Origin: a virus
Lineage: Duplodnaviria; Caudoviricetes
Strand: one strand, 5' to 3'
IMG/VR virus record: IMGVR_UViG_3300049828_000236
Location: 1-25,786 of that record
DNA: 25,786 nucleotides
The notes below the pieces were generated by a model. It did no database searches. It saw only the letters and a list, made by a program, of their open reading frames with translations, and was not told the DNA's origin. This document shows positions 14,964 through 22,766 of the stretch, piece after piece. A program made the translations under genes and the position numbers. Every line of letters begins with the position of its first letter. The first letter of the stretch is position 1.

Positions 14964-17701
14964 TGGGCATTCGGCTACAGTCAATTTTCAAGGACGACGA
15001 GGGGTTGCAGTGGACAATCAACATCCACGACGATACCTATTCTGGCACCGTCATTCCCTTCACCTTGGGAGGCGACGGCTTTGTGCTGAACTACGAAGGT
15101 GAGACGGACACCCGCTACAAGCCGGTCATCGGCAGTTACGTGGAGTTCACGCTCTACGAGCAGAACGAAGACCACCGGGATTTCCTTGACGAACTTGTGA
15201 CAGATCCCGAGGGCAGGTATCTGGTGGAGATTCGCGTCGCCCCATCGCCGGCCGACAAGTTGTTTTGGGCGGGCGTGCTGCTTGCCGACCAACTGCTATT
15301 CGATGACGCCGCGTGGCCTACGCCCTGCCGCCTGCGGGCGACGGACGACCTTGCCAACCTCGCCGACGTGCTATTCAACAACAACGGCGTGGCCTACGTC
15401 GGCAGCGATGGGCAGACGTTCATTGACCACATTTGCCTTGGCCTCACCAAGGTGCGGCAGGCGTCGCTATGGGGCACAGATGACGTCTTTATTCGGGCGG
15501 TCGCATCATACACGCCGGGCAACATTTACGGCAGCGGGGACTACTACAACAACCTGCGCACCTCGCACATGACGTTCTGGAACATCGACCCGGACAACGG
15601 GGCCAATCGATATTTCAGCACGCTTTACGTCTTGGAGCAGTTCTGCATCGCGATGGGGGCGCGGCTCTACCAAGCCAACGGCTCGTTCTGGTTTGTGCCA
15701 GTTCACAAGGCCATCAACAGCGCAACGGTGGCGGCTCTGAACTACAAGAAGTCAAGCGTCTACATCGACACCACCAACATCGACACGGAGATTGAACTCG
15801 ACGTGGAGGTACGCAAGTTGCAGGGGTGGCAGTGGGGGTATCAGACCCCGCTCAAGAAGGTAGAGCGGCCATACCTCTACCGGGGCACGGACGTGGTGCT
15901 GGCCTACAACTTCCTGAAATCGGAGTTGGGCAACACGATTTCCACAGATCCCGAATTTATCTTCCGCAACACCACCGACTTCCTGCTTCGGGTCGGCGGA
16001 ACTTGGGTGCCAGATAGCGACGGGCCGACCCTGAACAACGGCACTTCGTCAGCCATCTACCCCATGCGCCGGCAGTGGTCGGTGCGCCTGAAGGTGGGGA
16101 ACTACTACGCCCATCGCCCCGTGAACTGGGACACCATCGGCACCATCAACTACTTCAACGGGGCATCGACGCAGGCTATCACGTATCGCATCCCGTCGTA
16201 CGAGCCGATTACATGGAGTACCAACAGTGCAAACCGGGTGCAGGTGGTTGGATTCAGCCAGTGGCAGGAGTATAGCGTGCAGCCCTTTCAATTGCACGAG
16301 GTCAGTTTACCAGCCTTGCCTGCCGACAGCCAAGGGGTGGAGTTGCTGGTCACGCTCAAAATCGTGGACATTCAAGGCCTCGAAATCGCCGGGCAGTACA
16401 CGGCCACCGAACCGGTCACCGTCATCCAAGTGCTGAACGAGGACAACGAGGGCGACAGCGTGCTTTACCGGGCAGAAAGCAGCAACGCCAACACGGTGAC
16501 TTACCGGCAGGAGGCGTGCCTGCTTGGCGATGTGGCGGAGAATAACAACTACGGCCTCATCCAAGTAAAGGACACCGCATCGACGTGGGCAGAGGTGACC
16601 ACCTGGACGTCGCCGACCCTTACCACCGGCACCAACGACATCCACGCGCTTGGCGTCAGGGACATCCTATTCGGCCAAAGCACGCCGCGCCTGCGGCAGT
16701 TGGGCACAGTGTACTGCAACACGGCCAACGTCGTACCGCTGATGTACCACACGCTCTCCTACGACGGCAAACGCTACGCGCTCTACACGATGGGCTTTCA
16801 GGCGCGCGCCCGGCTTGCACAGTTGGAGATGTACGAGTTGTTCGCCTCAAGCGCCGGCACTACCGTGGCGCAGGACGATCCTGTGAGAAGGGACGGCGGG
16901 CTAAACCTCGGCGGCGTCATCGGCGTGGCGGCCTCCGTTCGCTCGTTGGAGCAGGGCGTGCTGGACGGGCAGTCGGTGGGCGGGGTCGTCGACGAGCGCG
17001 TGCCACTTCGCGACGGCATCGTGTCCTTGGTGGCGGACACCAACAACTTCGTGAGCGTCGGCGACACCACCTTCGAGGTGAACGTGGGCACTGTCAAAAT
17101 CATGGAAGCCGACGATGTCAGCGCGACATTCAACGTGCCTGTGACCATCGACCTGCAAGGCGAAACCTTCCAGGTGCTAAACGCTGGATTTCCGAACCCG
17201 CTGACGGTCACCACGGACAGTGTCGAACTGATGGATCTGTCCATCATTAACAGTTCCGGGGCGGTTTCAGGCAGCCTTTCGTTTTTCGAAGCGTCAAACA
17301 ATGGAGGCAACAGCATCGTATTTCGCGCACCCACATCATTATCGGTCGCCACATCATACACCCTTCCTGCGGCCGACGGAAGCAATGGCGATGTGCTGGA
17401 AACCAACGGCAGCGGTGTGCTGTCCTTCGCATCGTTTGGCACCAAGGTGGAAAACGCCATCAGCAACGCGGTGCTGTCCACCGTCGATGCGCAGGGAGCC
17501 ATTACCAGCGAAACGGGATTTGAAGCCAAGACAAACGCCTACATCAAGTTCTTTGAACTTGCCAGCAACGGAACGAACAACATCACCATTAAAGCACCGA
17601 CGGCATTGGGCGGAAACACCACCTACATCCTACCTGCAACCGACGGAACGTCGGGGCAATCCCTGAAGACAGACGGCGCAGGCAACCTTTATTGGGGGTG
17701 A
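14963..17701 (+). CDS. Tail tip / hub protein with C-terminal fibre-like repeats
   Basis: 912 aa directly after tape measure; beta-rich; duplicated fibre motif at C-terminus. Confidence 0.75.
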   Translation: MGIRLQSIFKDDEGLQWTINIHDDTYSGTVIPFTLGGDGFVLNYEGETDTRYKPVIGSYVEFTLYEQNEDHRDFLDELVTDPEGRYLVEIRVAPSPADKLFWAGVLLADQLLFDDAAWPTPCRLRATDDLANLADVLFNNNGVAYVGSDGQTFIDHICLGLTKVRQASLWGTDDVFIRAVASYTPGNIYGSGDYYNNLRTSHMTFWNIDPDNGANRYFSTLYVLEQFCIAMGARLYQANGSFWFVPVHKAINSATVAALNYKKSSVYIDTTNIDTEIELDVEVRKLQGWQWGYQTPLKKVERPYLYRGTDVVLAYNFLKSELGNTISTDPEFIFRNTTDFLLRVGGTWVPDSDGPTLNNGTSSAIYPMRRQWSVRLKVGNYYAHRPVNWDTIGTINYFNGASTQAITYRIPSYEPITWSTNSANRVQVVGFSQWQEYSVQPFQLHEVSLPALPADSQGVELLVTLKIVDIQGLEIAGQYTATEPVTVIQVLNEDNEGDSVLYRAESSNANTVTYRQEACLLGDVAENNNYGLIQVKDTASTWAEVTTWTSPTLTTGTNDIHALGVRDILFGQSTPRLRQLGTVYCNTANVVPLMYHTLSYDGKRYALYTMGFQARARLAQLEMYELFASSAGTTVAQDDPVRRDGGLNLGGVIGVAASVRSLEQGVLDGQSVGGVVDERVPLRDGIVSLVADTNNFVSVGDTTFEVNVGTVKIMEADDVSATFNVPVTIDLQGETFQVLNAGFPNPLTVTTDSVELMDLSIINSSGAVSGSLSFFEASNNGGNSIVFRAPTSLSVATSYTLPAADGSNGDVLETNGSGVLSFASFGTKVENAISNAVLSTVDAQGAITSETGFEAKTNAYIKFFELASNGTNNITIKAPTALGGNTTYILPATDGTSGQSLKTDGAGNLYWG
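17282..17698 (+). repeat. Two ~50 aa repeats at the tail-tip C-terminus (17282-17428, 17549-17698)
   Basis: FFEASNNGGNSIVFRAPTSLSVATSYTLPAADGSNGDVLETNGSGVLSF vs FFELASNGTNNITIKAPTALGGNTTYILPATDGTSGQSLKTDGAGNLYWG. Confidence 0.8.
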
Positions 17702-17716
17702 GTTAAATTGCAGGCC

Positions 17717-17917
17717 ATGACACCGGAAGTTATGGGCATTGCGCTGACCGTGGCCTTGGCTATCGTCGGCACTTGGGTGAAGCTCAACGCCGACATCGCT
17801 CGCATGAACGCGCGCATTCACACGCTCGAAAAGAACGAGGTGGAGGTGAAGACCCTGCTGAAGGAAATGGCCGAGGCCATCCGCAGGATTGAACTGCATT
17901 TAGCCAAGAACTCATGA
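17717..17917 (+). CDS. Small membrane protein (one TM plus coiled coil), holin or lysis accessory candidate
   Basis: MTPEVMGIALTVALAIVGTWVKL...; directly upstream of endolysin; preceded by TAAATTGC-N5-ATG. Confidence 0.65.
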   Translation: MTPEVMGIALTVALAIVGTWVKLNADIARMNARIHTLEKNEVEVKTLLKEMAEAIRRIELHLAKNS

Positions 17918-18270
17918 AGTGGTTTAACTACGCGGAGTTTGACTCGCCCGACGCGCCCGGCAGCGGCGAGGCGCACATGGATTCCGACTTCCTGCAGATG
18001 CTCGACCGCGCCCGTGGCCTCGCCGGGGTTCCGTTCAAAATCAACTCCGGCTACCGCACCGCAGCGCACAACCGCAAGGTGGGCGGCGTCAAAGCCAGCA
18101 GCCACACGTTGGGCCTTGCCGCGGACATCCACTGCACGGATTCACGCAACCGGGCGCACATCGTCAGCGCGCTGATGGAGGCGGGGTTTAATCGCATCGG
18201 CATCGCGCCTACGTTCATCCACGTGGACAACGACCCGTCAAAACCGGAGGACGTAATTTGGTTGTATTAA
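17914..18270 (+). CDS. Endolysin, peptidase M15A family
   Basis: 'INSGYRT..HN..VGG...SSH..G.AADI' and 'RIGI...FIHVD' zinc-binding motifs. Confidence 0.92.
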   Translation: MKWFNYAEFDSPDAPGSGEAHMDSDFLQMLDRARGLAGVPFKINSGYRTAAHNRKVGGVKASSHTLGLAADIHCTDSRNRAHIVSALMEAGFNRIGIAPTFIHVDNDPSKPEDVIWLY

Positions 18271-18288
18271 CCCCCTAATACGATACCG

Positions 18289-18447
18289 ATGTGGGAATTT
18301 TTAAGAGCAAACTGGGCGGAAATCGTCCTCGGACTGATCACCCTGGCGGGAACGGTGACAGCCCTAACGGAGACCAAGGCGGACGACAAGTGGCTGGACG
18401 TGGTGAAGCGGATATTGCAGGCGGTTCTGCTGGGCAAGACCAAGTGA
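18289..18447 (+). CDS. 52 aa putative holin
   Basis: MWEFLRANWAEIVLGLITLAGTVTALTETKADDKWLDVVKRILQAVLLGKTK; TM helix then T.T..DD and amphipathic helix; not in the ORF track. Confidence 0.7.
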   Translation: MWEFLRANWAEIVLGLITLAGTVTALTETKADDKWLDVVKRILQAVLLGKTK

Positions 18448-18677
18448 ACCCGCTCCTCGGTCACTTGACCAAACTGCTCGGCTCGTTCGACGTAACCGAG
18501 GCGTTCAAGACCAAGGGTGACATTCGCCGGTGGAGCGCCAAGCGTACAATCGGCGGGCTGATTGCCACCACCGCCTGCGCTGACATCGTGCAGAACGGCA
18601 TCACGTGGCCGGCAGTTGCACTGTGCGCCGTGGCGATTGTGCCCTTGTGCCTTTCATTCACGGAGGACAAGGCGTAA
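18444..18677 (+). CDS. Small membrane protein (about two hydrophobic segments), lysis-associated
   Basis: GTGA-coupled start; 'RRWSAKRTIGGLI...GITWPAVALCAVAIVPLCLS'. Confidence 0.65.
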   Translation: MNPLLGHLTKLLGSFDVTEAFKTKGDIRRWSAKRTIGGLIATTACADIVQNGITWPAVALCAVAIVPLCLSFTEDKA

Positions 18678-18686
18678 ATTAGCCGC

Positions 18687-18754
18687 GCATTCAGGCGTTT
18701 CTTGCAGTTGTTTGATAACAGGGACGCCTCTCCAAACGTGGGGAGGCGTTTTTT
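18687..18754 (+). ncRNA. Candidate ~70 nt small RNA (or regulatory 3' UTR)
   Basis: -7-like TAAATTAG at 18675-18682, short U/G-rich body without an ORF, then strong terminator. Confidence 0.4.
18724..18754 (+). terminator. Intrinsic terminator ending the late operon
   Basis: ACGCCTCTCCA-AACG-TGGGGAGGCGT followed by TTTTT. Confidence 0.9.
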
Positions 18755-18779
18755 ATTTGTTAAAATTTAGGGGTGTGTG

Positions 18780-18809
18780 TTGGATGTGAAACAAGTTGTC
18801 CTATCTTTG
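18780..18809 (+). promoter_or_regulatory. Bacteroidota primary-sigma promoter (early)
   Basis: TTG (18780-18782), 19 nt spacer, TATCTTTG (18802-18809): matches the -33/-7 consensus. Confidence 0.85.
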
Positions 18810-18831
18810 ACACATCAAACACGGAACGATT

Positions 18832-19431
18832 ATGAAAAACGTCACCCTCCAGCAGATTGCCGACTACTTCGGCGCCACCGTATGGAACAACAGCCGGGTC
18901 TATTTGAACCACTACGGTTACAAGACCAACAAAGCCAAGGCCACGGTCTACGTCTACCTCGACGAGGCCGGCGCAATTCAAATCTCTTGCTACGTTGAAT
19001 GCCCCTCGCAGAGTTTTGCTTGGATTAAGGGCCAAAAAGCCAGCATCGTGACTCGCGTCGAGGAGGCCCTTGCCGAGATGATGGCCGAACTCGCCACCGA
19101 GCAGGTGGCAGCCGACGCGGCCGTTGAGACCGAGGCCGACCTCATCGTCGAGTTTATCAGCGACTACTGCACGCCCGAGGAGTTCCTCCCCGAACTCGAT
19201 GGCACGAAGCGCACCGCCCACAAATTCGACCGTGCCAAGCGTTACGAAATTCGTGGCAACTGCATTCACATTTGGGGTGCATCTACGACCCTTGACTTTC
19301 AAATCAGCAAAGCGCTCGACCCCGGCGTTGACATTGAGTTGCACGTTGCCCGCTCGCTCGAGAACAAGTTCCGCGAGGAGATGCACGCAATCAAGGCAGA
19401 CGGTCGTCGCCAGCAAATGGCATCGCTATGA
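18832..19431 (+). CDS. Hypothetical early protein
   Basis: 199 aa ORF directly behind the consensus promoter; no recognised motif. Confidence 0.8.
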   Translation: MKNVTLQQIADYFGATVWNNSRVYLNHYGYKTNKAKATVYVYLDEAGAIQISCYVECPSQSFAWIKGQKASIVTRVEEALAEMMAELATEQVAADAAVETEADLIVEFISDYCTPEEFLPELDGTKRTAHKFDRAKRYEIRGNCIHIWGASTTLDFQISKALDPGVDIELHVARSLENKFREEMHAIKADGRRQQMASL

Positions 19432-19817
19432 AGGACAACGCCGCAGAACTGCGGGCATTAGCCGCCCGCTACAAGATGAACGCCAGCCACTTCCACAAGG
19501 ACGGCCGCGGCTTTATCATCGTGACCCGGGCGGGCATCGAACACATCTGCCGCGTGGCCAAGGTCACCGTAACCTACACCCCGGTCTTCGAGTGGAGCGA
19601 TGCGGAGAAATCCCGCTACGTCATCGAATGCACCGCACGCATGGGCGACATGACCACCACCTCCTACGGCGAGTGTGCGCCGGCCAACAACCGCAACCCT
19701 TACCCGGTGGCAATGGCCGAAAAGCGGGCGATGTCGCGGGCGGTGCTGAAGCTGACCGGCTTCTACGAATTGAACGCCAAAGGCGAAGACGAAATCGAAA
19801 CCCAACAAACCAAGTGA
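19428..19817 (+). CDS. Putative single-strand annealing protein (Rad52-superfamily-like)
   Basis: 'SYGE....N...YPVAMAEKRA.SRAVLKL.G' motif; same module as exonuclease and SSB. Confidence 0.5.
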   Translation: MKDNAAELRALAARYKMNASHFHKDGRGFIIVTRAGIEHICRVAKVTVTYTPVFEWSDAEKSRYVIECTARMGDMTTTSYGECAPANNRNPYPVAMAEKRAMSRAVLKLTGFYELNAKGEDEIETQQTK

Positions 19818-19818
19818 T

Positions 19819-20085
19819 ATGTTAAAGCACCTTGAGATTATTGAGATTCTGGAGGTCATGCAAGTGAACGAGGCCGACATCGTCGGCATGAACACCAGCC
19901 TCCAACCGGTCTTGAACGCCAACTTTCAGGCGATGATTTACGTCAAAACCGACACGCCAACGGCTGACCTGCTCCGGCAGAAGTACACGTTTGAGCATGA
20001 CCCAGAGACCAAAATCGAGCGCGCCGAAATCACCGCGCACCACCTTGACGGCAATTCGTACACCTTCTTTCTGCGCATCCTATGA
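19819..20085 (+). CDS. Hypothetical protein
   Basis: Tightly packed ORF in the early operon. Confidence 0.7.
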   Translation: MLKHLEIIEILEVMQVNEADIVGMNTSLQPVLNANFQAMIYVKTDTPTADLLRQKYTFEHDPETKIERAEITAHHLDGNSYTFFLRIL

Positions 20086-20297
20086 CCCTTATCCAACTGC
20101 TCCGCACCATCGACTGGCCCAAGGTGGCCATTGCATTTGGCCTCGGCTTGGGCGTGACCCTCGCTGCGATCATCGCCGCTGACCGCCAGGTGGAAACCGA
20201 GGTCATGCTCTACGAGTACGACGGCGTGACGTACATCATCGCCACCTCGCCCACCGGTGACGTCGCGCTTCAATCACATTTCGACCCAATTCCATGA
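20082..20297 (+). CDS. Small membrane-anchored hypothetical protein
   Basis: ATGA coupling; hydrophobic 'VAIAFGLGLGVTLAAIIAA'. Confidence 0.7.
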   Translation: MTLIQLLRTIDWPKVAIAFGLGLGVTLAAIIAADRQVETEVMLYEYDGVTYIIATSPTGDVALQSHFDPIP

Positions 20298-20488
20298 CGC
20301 AGTTGACGCTATTCGAAGTCGAGCAGCCGCAGGTGGAGATGCTGACCTTCTACCACGCAAAGCACAGGATGAACGGGTGGAAGTTCGTAACACCTGACCG
20401 CGAAGACCTGCACCGGCATGAAGGCAACCCGGATTGGGAAATTTGGGTGGAAACCTATCCACGACCCGAATGGCACAAGGGAAGGTAA
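20294..20488 (+). CDS. Hypothetical protein
   Basis: ATGA coupling; begins with QLTLF. Confidence 0.65.
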   Translation: MTQLTLFEVEQPQVEMLTFYHAKHRMNGWKFVTPDREDLHRHEGNPDWEIWVETYPRPEWHKGR

Positions 20489-20587
20489 AACTCGGTGTGC
20501 CCAGAGGATAAACGGGCGCTATTGGCCGCTGGAGATGAGCGGACGCGGTTCGCGGCAGGTTAAGCGATGGCAGCCGGAAAGACGGCA

Positions 20588-20732
20588 AGTCAGGCCCCAA
20601 GGTGGGGAGACGGGGCGCGCAAGTCGTTGCATCCCGGGTTCTGGTAACGGCGACCAAAAGCCACCAATGCGGCGCAACCGCAACGATGGACAAACCGCAG
20701 AGCGCCAGCGGGTTCGATTCCCGCCCTGACTA
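20588..20732 (+). ncRNA. tRNA-like RNA with enlarged central arm
   Basis: Acceptor stem AGTCAGG (20588-94)/CCTGACT (20725-31)+A; T-arm GCGGG-TTCGATT-CCCGC (20708-24); no canonical anticodon loop. Confidence 0.65.
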
Positions 20733-20751
20733 CATCACAAACCAACTGCGA

Positions 20752-21519
20752 ATGAAACGCAACTACCTATCTGTGAGCGCCCTCAAGGCGTTCGCCAAAT
20801 CACCCAACCACTACCTCGCATACGTCAGCGAAGGCGGCCGCAAGCAGACCCCGGCGATGCTGCTTGGCGAAATGGTTCACGCGGCGGTGCTGGAACCGGA
20901 CGAGTTCCACACGCGGTACCAGCTAATTCCGGAGCATCTTGACCGCCGAACCAAGGAGGGGAAGGAGACGTACCAGCGGTATGTCCAGCAGGCAAACAGC
21001 CTAGGGCGCAAGTTGGTTGACTACGACGCCCACGTGCTGGCCACGACCGTCGGGGCGGCGGTGCAAGCGAGCAGCCACCCAATCTGCCAAATGCTGCCCA
21101 AGATGCTCACGGAGCAAGTCGCCGAGGGCGAACTGCAAGGCGTGCCGTTTAAGGGCATCATCGACGCAATCGACCAAACGACTATCATTGAGGTGAAGAC
21201 CACCACCGACGCATCTGCGGCGGCATTTACCCGCGATTGCGCCAAGTACGACTATCACCTCCAAGCGGCGGCCTATCTGCAACTGACGAGCCTGAAAATG
21301 GACTTTGCGTGGATTGTCGTGGAGACGGTGGAGCCGTTCAACGTGGCGGTGTATCGTCCGCACCCGCACAGCATTGAGATGGCCGGCGCTTATTTGACCG
21401 ACCTTATCGAGCGGTGGAAGGAGTGGGATGGCTCGGAAGGCGGTTACCCCGAGGCGATGATTCAGCTGCCCAACTGGCACCCGGCGATGCAATTAACCAA
21501 ACCCTTTGAATGGCTATGA
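20752..21519 (+). CDS. PD-(D/E)XK exonuclease, RecE/ExoVIII (DUF3799)-like
   Basis: 'LSVSALK....SP.HY', 'TPAM.LG..VH.AVLEP', 'DRRTKEGK', 'FKGIID......IEVKTT', 'YHLQAAAY'. Confidence 0.9.
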   Translation: MKRNYLSVSALKAFAKSPNHYLAYVSEGGRKQTPAMLLGEMVHAAVLEPDEFHTRYQLIPEHLDRRTKEGKETYQRYVQQANSLGRKLVDYDAHVLATTVGAAVQASSHPICQMLPKMLTEQVAEGELQGVPFKGIIDAIDQTTIIEVKTTTDASAAAFTRDCAKYDYHLQAAAYLQLTSLKMDFAWIVVETVEPFNVAVYRPHPHSIEMAGAYLTDLIERWKEWDGSEGGYPEAMIQLPNWHPAMQLTKPFEWL

Positions 21520-21824
21520 ACGACTTCGCTCTTGCCGTGATCACGACGCTGGCCTGCGTCATGTACGCTGGCTACACCTACCAAACTTACCGCGAGCGTT
21601 ACCTGCGCCGGAAACAGGCCGAAATCGACGCCAAAGACAACGCAAAAGACGTCTTGCGATACGTCATGATGGATATCATTTGGGTACGCAACGAGATGTC
21701 GAACATCAGCGTCAGCGGTGACGATGCGTGGGACATCCGCGAGAACTGCCAGTTCCACCTGACCAAATTGCACGAGAATTTAGAGGACTATTATAAAACC
21801 CTTGACAATGAAAGTCACAATTGA
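21516..21824 (+). CDS. Hypothetical protein with N-terminal TM helix
   Basis: ATGA coupling at 21516; hydrophobic N-terminus. Confidence 0.7.
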   Translation: MNDFALAVITTLACVMYAGYTYQTYRERYLRRKQAEIDAKDNAKDVLRYVMMDIIWVRNEMSNISVSGDDAWDIRENCQFHLTKLHENLEDYYKTLDNESHN

Positions 21825-22164
21825 AGGCCGCGTCATTGACGTGGCAGAACCCCAGACGGTGGGCGCAAGCGGATTCCGCAAGCAGACAGTGGTCGTCCAA
21901 ACCGACGACAAGTACGACAACGAGATGCCCATCACCTTGGTGAAGGACAGCGTCGGCGAAATGGACGCCTCGCTTGGCTCCAAGGTCAAAGTGTACTGCT
22001 ACCTCGGCGCCCGGCAATGGAACGACCGGTACTTTCTGGAATTGAAGTACGCCGGGCACGAGTTGATGCAAGTAACCACCGTTCACGCGCCTGCACCGGC
22101 TCCAACGACGCCTCCGGGCTACATTCCGCAACCCGATGGGCTTGATAAAGAGTTGCCCTTTTGA
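21808..22164 (+). CDS. DUF3127-like single-stranded DNA-binding protein
   Basis: 'I.GRV........G..GFRKQ.VVV.T..KY', 'VKV...L.ARQWN.RYF..L', Pro-rich linker and C-terminal ELPF. Confidence 0.8.
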   Translation: MKVTIEGRVIDVAEPQTVGASGFRKQTVVVQTDDKYDNEMPITLVKDSVGEMDASLGSKVKVYCYLGARQWNDRYFLELKYAGHELMQVTTVHAPAPAPTTPPGYIPQPDGLDKELPF

Positions 22165-22177
22165 AACAAACCCGGTC

Positions 22178-22366
22178 ATGGTCACGTACACCGTGCATCT
22201 AACTGACCACGATGCTCACATTTCTTACACGGACAATGAACCAGCTTTCCGCAAGTTCCTCCAAAGCGTCAAAGCGCGGTCGCTTCCTTATCGCCTCCGC
22301 TTTACGACCCAACCCAGCGACCCAGATCGTGAGGCAATGCTTTATCAGCGTTACGGTGGCAGCTGA
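22178..22366 (+). CDS. Hypothetical protein (overlaps next ORF)
   Basis: ATG after A/C-rich leader AACAAACCCGGTC. Confidence 0.5.
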   Translation: MVTYTVHLTDHDAHISYTDNEPAFRKFLQSVKARSLPYRLRFTTQPSDPDREAMLYQRYGGS

Positions 22367-22532
22367 CTGCTTCGGCGTAAGCCGCTCCACCCTCTCCCGA
22401 TGGCTCAAGCACGAGCCGGAGGAGTTGCTGCGGTTCGCGTACCAGTTCGAGCAGGTCGGGGGCATCGACGCCAACACCTTGGCGGCGGCGGTGCGGATGC
22501 GACGGCTGGAAATCGACGGAGCGGAGTGCTAA
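22212..22532 (+). CDS. Helix-turn-helix protein (start uncertain; possibly 22236 or GTG 22329)
   Basis: 'SVTVAADCFGVSRSTLSRWLK' HTH; ends just before terminator. Confidence 0.6.
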   Translation: MLTFLTRTMNQLSASSSKASKRGRFLIASALRPNPATQIVRQCFISVTVAADCFGVSRSTLSRWLKHEPEELLRFAYQFEQVGGIDANTLAAAVRMRRLEIDGAEC

Positions 22533-22545
22533 TTGACCACACGCG

Positions 22546-22573
22546 AAAGGGCGGCCTACGGGTCGCCTTTTTT
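22546..22573 (+). terminator. Intrinsic terminator
   Basis: GGCGGCC-TACG-GGTCGCC followed by TTTTTT. Confidence 0.9.
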
Positions 22574-22585
22574 GTTAGCGCAAAA

Positions 22586-22618
22586 TTTGGAAGTACGGAA
22601 ATAAGCGCGTTAACTTGG
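22586..22618 (+). promoter_or_regulatory. Probable promoter of the replication operon
   Basis: TTTG (22586-89), 21 nt, TAACTTGG (22611-18), 4 nt before ATG 22623. Confidence 0.55.
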
Positions 22619-22622
22619 CGGC

Positions 22623-22766
22623 ATGAAAAGACCTAAAAGAACTGCCCTTGTGGGCGTGAGATTAACGCCCGAGGAGTATCAGCGGCTAAAGTTCGCCGCG
22701 AAGATTAGCGGCAAAACGCCGTCCACCATTGCCTATCAAATACTGACTAAAGGGCTAGAAGCATGA
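22623..22766 (+). CDS. 47 aa ribbon-helix-helix (Arc/CopG/MobC-like) DNA-binding protein
   Basis: MKRPKRTALVGVRLTPEEYQRLKFAAKISGKTPSTIAYQILTKGLEA; beta-strand VGVRL plus two helices; ATGA-coupled to next gene; not in the ORF track. Confidence 0.8.
   Translation: MKRPKRTALVGVRLTPEEYQRLKFAAKISGKTPSTIAYQILTKGLEA

Noticed and set aside
7597-17701. Diversity-generating retroelement acting on fibre genes
   Set aside because: No reverse transcriptase and no near-identical template/variable repeat pair seen
18291-18443. N-terminal part of the 128 aa ORF as a spanin
   Set aside because: No signal peptide or lipobox; region is occupied by the 52 aa holin-like ORF in another frame, and GTG 18444 is the coupled start
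20588-20732. Canonical tRNA gene or attP site
   Set aside because: No 7-nt anticodon loop at the expected position and no integrase in the genome; kept only as tRNA-like
20418-20751. ORF 20418-20729 and the GTG 20602 extension of the exonuclease
   Set aside because: Non-protein-like composition; region is better explained as structured RNA, and nuclease motifs begin after ATG 20752
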